Below, one piece after another: positions 58,372 to 64,000 of a DNA stretch of 64,000 nt. The notes below the pieces were generated by a model. That model saw only the letters and a program-made list of their open reading frames with translations, made no database searches and was not told where the DNA came from. Location: positions 62,001-126,000 of the forward strand of contig CDMY01000098.1 in NCBI GenBank assembly GCA_001179505.1, written 5' to 3'. The stretch comes from Vitrella brassicaformis CCMP3155. Its lineage: Eukaryota; Protista; Chromerida. Positions within the stretch are counted from its first letter, which is position 1; every line of letters begins with the position of its first letter. The translations under genes were made by a program, and so were the position numbers.

Positions 58372-59886
58372 ATGGAGGCGATTTCAGCGTTTCAACAGAA
58401 TGGCTTTCGTCCCGAGACTTTGCTCAACTTCACGCCGCTCGACAAGCCGGCGCAGCAGCACATTAGCAAGGTCTATGCCGTCCTCGCAGCTGGTACAGTA
58501 CCCACTCACTGACTTGACTGCACACACACGGGATTCGTTCACAGTGCTCAGAGCGTGTTCTTGTCTGTTGCTTGGGTACACGTGTGTTGGCTGACATGAC
58601 AGGTGTGGTGTCTACGGCGGTGGGTGTGTGGTTCCACACCAACGTGATGGCACTGGGCGGGCTGGTGAGCGGCCTGGTGAGCATTGGCTGCTTCATTGCC
58701 ATCCTCACAAGCAAGAGCCACTATGACGCCAAGAACGTGAGTGCACTGCAGTGCGTGGGCAGCACAAGTGGGCTGGGCGTGTGTCTATCCGTCTTTGCAT
58801 CATCTTTGTGTGCCTATGTGCCTATGTGCCTGTGTGTGTGTGTGTTTGTGTGATTAGGTGATGTCAAGCCACCGGCTTGCATACTTCGTCGGCTTCACTT
58901 TCTGCAAGGGGATGTCCATCGCCGGACTCATTCACATGGTAGGGAGGCGTATACATATGGTCAACGCCGCATCGTCAGTCTGTCAAGCCTTTCCATGCGT
59001 GTGTCTGTGTGTGCGCGTGTGTGTGTTCAGGCGGGTCGCATTGACCCCAGCATAGTGCCCACGGCCATCTGCGGCACACTGGCAATCTTCGCGTGCTTCT
59101 CGGCGGCCGCCCTGTGCGCTAAACGACGGTGAGGCCGTCGGATGGGGTGTGTGTGTGCGTGTGCAATAATGTTGTGGGGCTGTTCGTCCGTGTGTACAGT
59201 CAGTTCATCTTCCTGGGTGGCGTCTTGGGTTCGTTCGTCTTTTACCTCTCAATGGCGTCAATCGCAAACATTTTCTTCCGGTGCGCACCAACACCGCCAA
59301 CACATACACATACACATACCGCTGTGGACGCAGCGCATGTATTACATGTGTGTTTGTGTTTGTGTTTGTGTTTGTGTGTGTGCAGATCACGTTTCGTAAT
59401 GGACGTAAACCTCTATGGAGGGCTGATGATTTTCATGGGGTGAGGGAGGGAGGGAGGGAGGGAGACGCTATTTGTTTGTGTGCGTCGTTCATGTGTGCAC
59501 CTGTCTCTTTGTGTGTGTGTATGTGTGTGTGTAGGTATGTGATCTACGACACACAGATGATCGTCGAGCAGTACTACGCCGGCAAGAAAGACTTCCTGGT
59601 GCGTCGATGCGGTGCACACACAACCACATGGAACACAGAAAGAGCCACACCAACCAACACACGTACATCTCCGTCTGTTTGTGTGCCTTGCCTGCAGGTT
59701 CAGGCTTGTGAGCTGTATGTGGACATGATCGCCATCTTCATCCGCCTCCTCATTATCCTGTGCGTACTAAACACACACACACACGCTACTCACTATACCG
59801 ACCCACCCACGGTGTGCCTGTGGGTGTGTCGCGGCAGGATGCGCAACGCCGAGAAGAAGGAGGACCGCAAGAAGCGCCGCTCCTAG
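58372..59886 (+). CDS. BI-1: Bax inhibitor-1 (TMBIM6-like)
   Basis: QHISKVYAVLAAG; RLAYFVGFTFCKGMSIAGLI; IVPTAICGTLAIFACFSAAAL; FIFLGGVL; YGGLMIFMGYVIYDTQMIVE; ELYVDMIAIFIRLLIIL; basic tail KKEDRKKRRS*. Nine exons. Confidence 0.92.
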
Positions 59887-60235
59887 CTGAACGAACGAAC
59901 CAACGAACCAACGGATGATCAATCACCACCAAGCCCATGTCATGTCTGCCCGACGGTGTAGATACTTTTTCTCTCTCTTCTCGTCCATCTGTCTCGTCTG
60001 AGTGGCTGCCTTCGTTCGTATGTGAGTGTTTGTTTGTTTGTTTGGGAGTCATTTGCTGAATGTGTCTTTTCCCATGCATGTGTCGAATGAATCGTCTGAA
60101 CCCACGTGGGCACCATCCGTGTGCTTCGTGTGGTGGAGGGAGGGAGGAGGGTGGGTGGACTGAATTGACCGGTTGCGTGTGTACCTGAATTCATGTCTGT
60201 TTGTCAGTCTGAATTTCCTTTCTAGTCCGCGACGT

Positions 60236-60455
60236 TAGGCATCGGCACGATGTCCTTCGGCCTGGACACCCAGCAGGCGATGCACGTGGTGGTGACGCTG
60301 GGCAGCTTCGGACTCGTCGGAATCGCACTCCTCGGTGTAAGAGAGACCACACGGCAGCTAGACAGAGGCATGTGCCTGCAGCGTGTTTCTGTGTTGTGTT
60401 GTGTTAATGCGATGGCAGCAGTACTTTGACGATGAGGAAGACGACAAGGACGAGT
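60236..60455 (+). pseudogene. 5'-truncated inverted copy of the small membrane protein gene (38099-38479)
   Basis: LGIGTMSFGLDTQQAMHVVVTLGSFGLVGIALLG | QYFDDEEDDKDE*; homology begins ~60236. Confidence 0.85.
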
Positions 60456-60624
60456 GAAGGAAAGCCGCAGTCAATGATGAGTGAATGAATGAAATATAGT
60501 TAGTCAATAAGCTTACGTACAGACTCGACCGCTGCGTGTATGTCGATCAGACAGACCATCCGGCCGTTGACACTCACTGTCTGCCTTTTCAGAACACAAG
60601 CCAACGACACCACTTAACTTTGCA

Positions 60625-61531
60625 ATGATGCGGTTGACTGTCACAGTGAGTCTGCTCGTGTGCTGCTGGCTGTCGGCTGCCGCCGTCGGATCAGTTGATC
60701 AAGAGACCGACTTCATCAAGAGACCTCGCCTCGACGACCGGACCTACCGCGTCTTCACTCTGGCCAACGGCATTCGGGCGGTGGCGGTGAACGACCCATC
60801 AGCGACTCGAGCGGCCTACGCGTGTGCGGTCAATGTCGGCAGCCATGACGACGGAGACATTGATGGGCTCGCACATTTCAGCGAGCACATGGCCTTTTTG
60901 GGGTCAGCGGCTTACCCAAAGCCGTCGGAATACGACGAGTTCCTCACACGCGCTGGCGGCCAGGGAAACGCCTTCACAGACAAAGAGAAGAACGGATACT
61001 CATATCCACGGCTGGATGGACACACAGAGACATGCATGTCCCCTTCTGTGTCTCTCTCTGCCAACAAACGTGCAGGACGGTGTTTTTCGCCCAGTTGGAC
61101 GCGGCTGCCTTTCCCGAGGGCTTGCAGCGCTTCGCGGGCTTCTTCGCGTCGCCTCTGCTCGACGCGCGCGAGGCACACAGCGAGGTGCAGGCAGTCGACA
61201 GCGAGCACAAGAAGAACATGCCGTCGGTCGACGCACAAGTGGAGTACCTGCTGATGTCACTCGCGAGTGGGCCACTGGGACATTTCGCCACGGGCTCGGT
61301 CGACACACTCGAGACGGAGCCAGCACAACAGGGCGTCGACATGGGCAACGCACTCAAACGATTGTAGCCAATGCACGACAGATGAAGGTTCTTATGTCAT
61401 GTCTCCATATCTGCCTCTCTGCCGTCTGTGTGTCAGCCACTCTCGCTTCTACTGCGGCCATCGCATGACGGTATGCATATGTGAATGCGAGACACACGCG
61501 TTGATGCAATATATGTCTGTGTGTAGGTAAG
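60625..61531 (+). pseudogene. 3'-truncated inverted copy of the insulinase gene (exons 1-3, signal peptide and HFSEH intact)
   Basis: Matches 37000-37906 with substitutions (SEYDEFL vs SEDDEFL). Homology stops at gtag/gtaag at ~61531. Confidence 0.85.
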
Positions 61532-61534
61532 TAC

Positions 61535-62692
61535 TCAAATCTCCAGCCCCAGCTTGCGGTTCAGGTAGTGCAGACACAGAAACGCCACACCGCGGAAGCC
61601 CACGCCTGCACACACACAAGGGTACCTTTGTGTGGGTTTGTGTGTGTGTGTGTGTTGGGGGGGCAAAGCTAAGCCGACCTAGTCCGAGGAGTATGAAGCA
61701 CAGAGTCCAGAAGTTCTGTTTCTCCAGGTCGAAGAACTCCAGCACACCGTCGCCGCCGTCAATGTCGTCCTGGAAGCGGTCGTTGCCCTCAAACTCGTTG
61801 ACCATTATGCCAAAAAACGAGTAACTGCACCGGCAGCCAGAGGAGAGAGAGGGAGGGCGAGAGGAAAGTGCGCGTGGTGGCTGGGGTGGCTGGGGTGTCT
61901 GTGCTGTGTGGACCATTCTTGTCATCCCTTTCACTTTTCACTTTTAATACCGGATAAAGCTGATGTACTTGAGCCATGCGATCCTGGCAGACAGACAGAA
62001 AGACAGACAGACACCCAGAGGGAGCAACAAGGCGTGGAGACGTAGTCCACATCGCACGGCGTGTCGGTCTGCCTGCCTCACTCACCATGGCGGGATGTCC
62101 CCGTCCTTCAGGTAGTACCCAGAGGTCAGCTACACACACCGCACACACACAGAGAGCCCATCAACAGACCAACATCTATCCGCTTCCCAGACACACTGAC
62201 ACACTGACACAGTGACACACTGCCTCACCCACCCACCATGAGTATGACCATCAACATCCCAATGAAGATGTTCCCTATGTCAGGCGAGGGCGAGGCAGCG
62301 GCGACGGAGACCATGAGGGCAAACGAGGCGTACACGGTGATGTTGGAGATGAAGAGGAACTTCAGGAAGTATACGAAGCCGGGGCGGAGACCCACCATGA
62401 AGTAAAATATGGCGCAGAAACACGTCGGCGGGATCTGAGTATCAGAGACAAAGGGGGAGGGGAGGCAGGGGATGCAAGAAGGAAGGGAGAAACAGGCGAA
62501 ATGAGCCTCTCTCTCCCTGTCTGTCTGTCTGTCTGCCTGGCTGTGTGTATGTGACTGGGTGAGTGAGTGACTGAGTGGGTGGGATGGGTTGCCTACGTGG
62601 ACGAAGAGGAACTCCCCGATGTCCTTGGCCACGAAATATGCGAACGTTCCGTGAATGCCGTTGGCCGTGTCCCTACACACACAACACCGACA

Positions 62693-62725
<33 letters not shown>

Positions 62726-64000
62726 CGGTGGAGTTGCGTCTCCCTCCCTCCCTGTGTCCTTGATTCACGCATTCACACACCGACCGGTTGAGCAGCGCTC
62801 TCTCCGGGGCGAGTGTCATCATCACAGAGAACGTGCTGTGTGCAAGAGAGAGAGAGAGAGAGAGGCAGAAGGGGAGAGGCAGAGCTCGCGGCATCCACAC
62901 GCACTTGCATGAATGCGAAGTTCATTGCAACGAAGAAGATCGCGCCAGCTCTGTTCTGGGCATCGGAGAGGCCCGAGTCGCCCAGCTGCCTGCAACACAA
63001 ATGTGACACAAATCATACTCACACAAATCAATCAAATCGGTCGTCGCTTCTGTCTTTTTCCCGTTGTTTGACTGACCAGAAAATGGCGCCGAGGACGAAG
63101 GCCATGAAGATGTTCTGGCTGACGTCGCCCATGGCCTTCAACGGATTGCGCAAACTGTTGAGCACTGTCCTGCACACACACAGATGGGCGCCACACGAAG
63201 ACACACACATGTTTTCTCTCTCTCTCTGTCTCCGTCTATGTGTGCCTGCCCATAGATACAGAGAATCTCGTTTCCTCACCGTTTTGCGAGCACACAGACC
63301 TCCAGCCAGAAGCCGCTTAGCGTCTGCTTGACCGACTCGAGTGTGATCTTATTGGGCGGCGCGGCCGTCATCCCGCCCTCCGAGCGCTTGTCCAGCTCCT
63401 TGTCGATCTGATCCTCTGCGAAACACACATACACACACACACACACAGACACACCGAGAGACACAAAGCGAGAGAAGGAGAGGTGTGGGTGTGCATTGAC
63501 GAGCACCGATTCTCTTCGCCAGGTCGCATTGGTGGAACAGTTCTGGGAAACGCTCGATCTCGGCGCCGGAGATGTTGGTGCGGCCCTTGTCTGCCATGGA
63601 TGCTGACGCAGACGGATACACAGAGGGAGACACAGATATGGAGGGCGGTCTGTCATGTGGCTGCAAGTAAGTAATTACCTACCATGGTTGTCTGCAGCCG
63701 GGGGTGCTGGTGCGTCTGGAGGAGCATCTGGTTGGGCGTCTGGCCCGTCCCCAGTGGTGACCTTGTCGTTGTTGCCCTCCTCATCGCCAAGCGGTGCCGG
63801 TGCTACTTTTCTGCTGCCGTAGTCGGCTTTTCCGCCCAACTCGCTGGCACGCTGCACACACACACACACACACACACAGATATGAGAGAACAGTCATCCC
63901 AACTTTCTGCAACACATTCTCGTAGCGTACCGTCTCAGTGAGGATGTCGAGCAGAAAGTCGGCAGGGTTGAAGTGCGCCGGGCAGACGTACCCGTGCTTC
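61535..64000 (-). CDS. ABCG (white-type) half transporter, 3' part; gene continues beyond the window
   Basis: KHGYVCPAHFNPADFLLDIL; TVLNSLRNPL; FMAFVLGAIFW; AQNRAGAIFFVAMNFAF; ERALLNRDTANGIHGTFAYFVAKDIGE; IFYFMVGLR; MVNEF; GVGFRGVAFLCLHYLNRKLGLEI* (stop 61535-61537). Confidence 0.92.

Noticed and set aside
1-64000. Many listed ORFs rich in CVCVC, HTHTH, DRQTD or MDGWMD
   Set aside because: These are translations of intronic (GT)n/(CA)n/(GACA)n/(GGAT)n microsatellites, not Cys- or His-rich proteins.
1-64000. rRNA, tRNA, CRISPR arrays, transposase/reverse transcriptase/integrase ORFs
   Set aside because: None recognised by eye on either strand; tRNAscan/Infernal would be needed to exclude small RNAs.

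Overview
Intron-rich eukaryotic genomic DNA. Introns are packed with (GT)n/(CA)n, (GTCT)n and (GGAT)n microsatellites, and there are five ~300-N assembly gaps. The gene content (oocyst-wall-type protein, secreted M16 insulinase, plastid proteins with bipartite signal+transit leaders) points to a chromerid alveolate such as Vitrella; this is inference. About 20 spliced genes were reconstructed by eye: an orphan 3' end, a small secreted 6-Cys protein, an oocyst wall protein, two paralogous orphan secreted Cys-containing proteins, kish/TMEM167, a Med4-like protein with an appended Fn3-associated/CHB_HEX_C-like domain, a PTC7-type PP2C, a CRTISO-like carotenoid enzyme, a secreted insulinase, a small membrane protein, a fibrillin, a kelch protein, a coiled-coil protein, a myristoylated TLDc protein, an orphan, a 4-TM protein, Bax inhibitor-1 and the 3' part of an ABCG transporter. 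The window is heavily reshaped by local duplications: an inverted kish+Med4 pseudogene, partial CRTISO and insulinase copies bracketed by a ~450-bp inverted repeat, a third inverted insulinase copy whose end lies 3 nt from the ABCG stop codon, and a partial tandem orphan copy. The most interesting observations are a possible kish-Med4 dicistron, the Med4 domain fusion, the inverted-repeat-bounded cassette of gene fragments, telo-box palindromes at very short divergent promoters, and the orphan secreted family with intron exonisation and 40-aa PSAP/NPY repeats. Exon boundaries are manual and unverified by RNA data.
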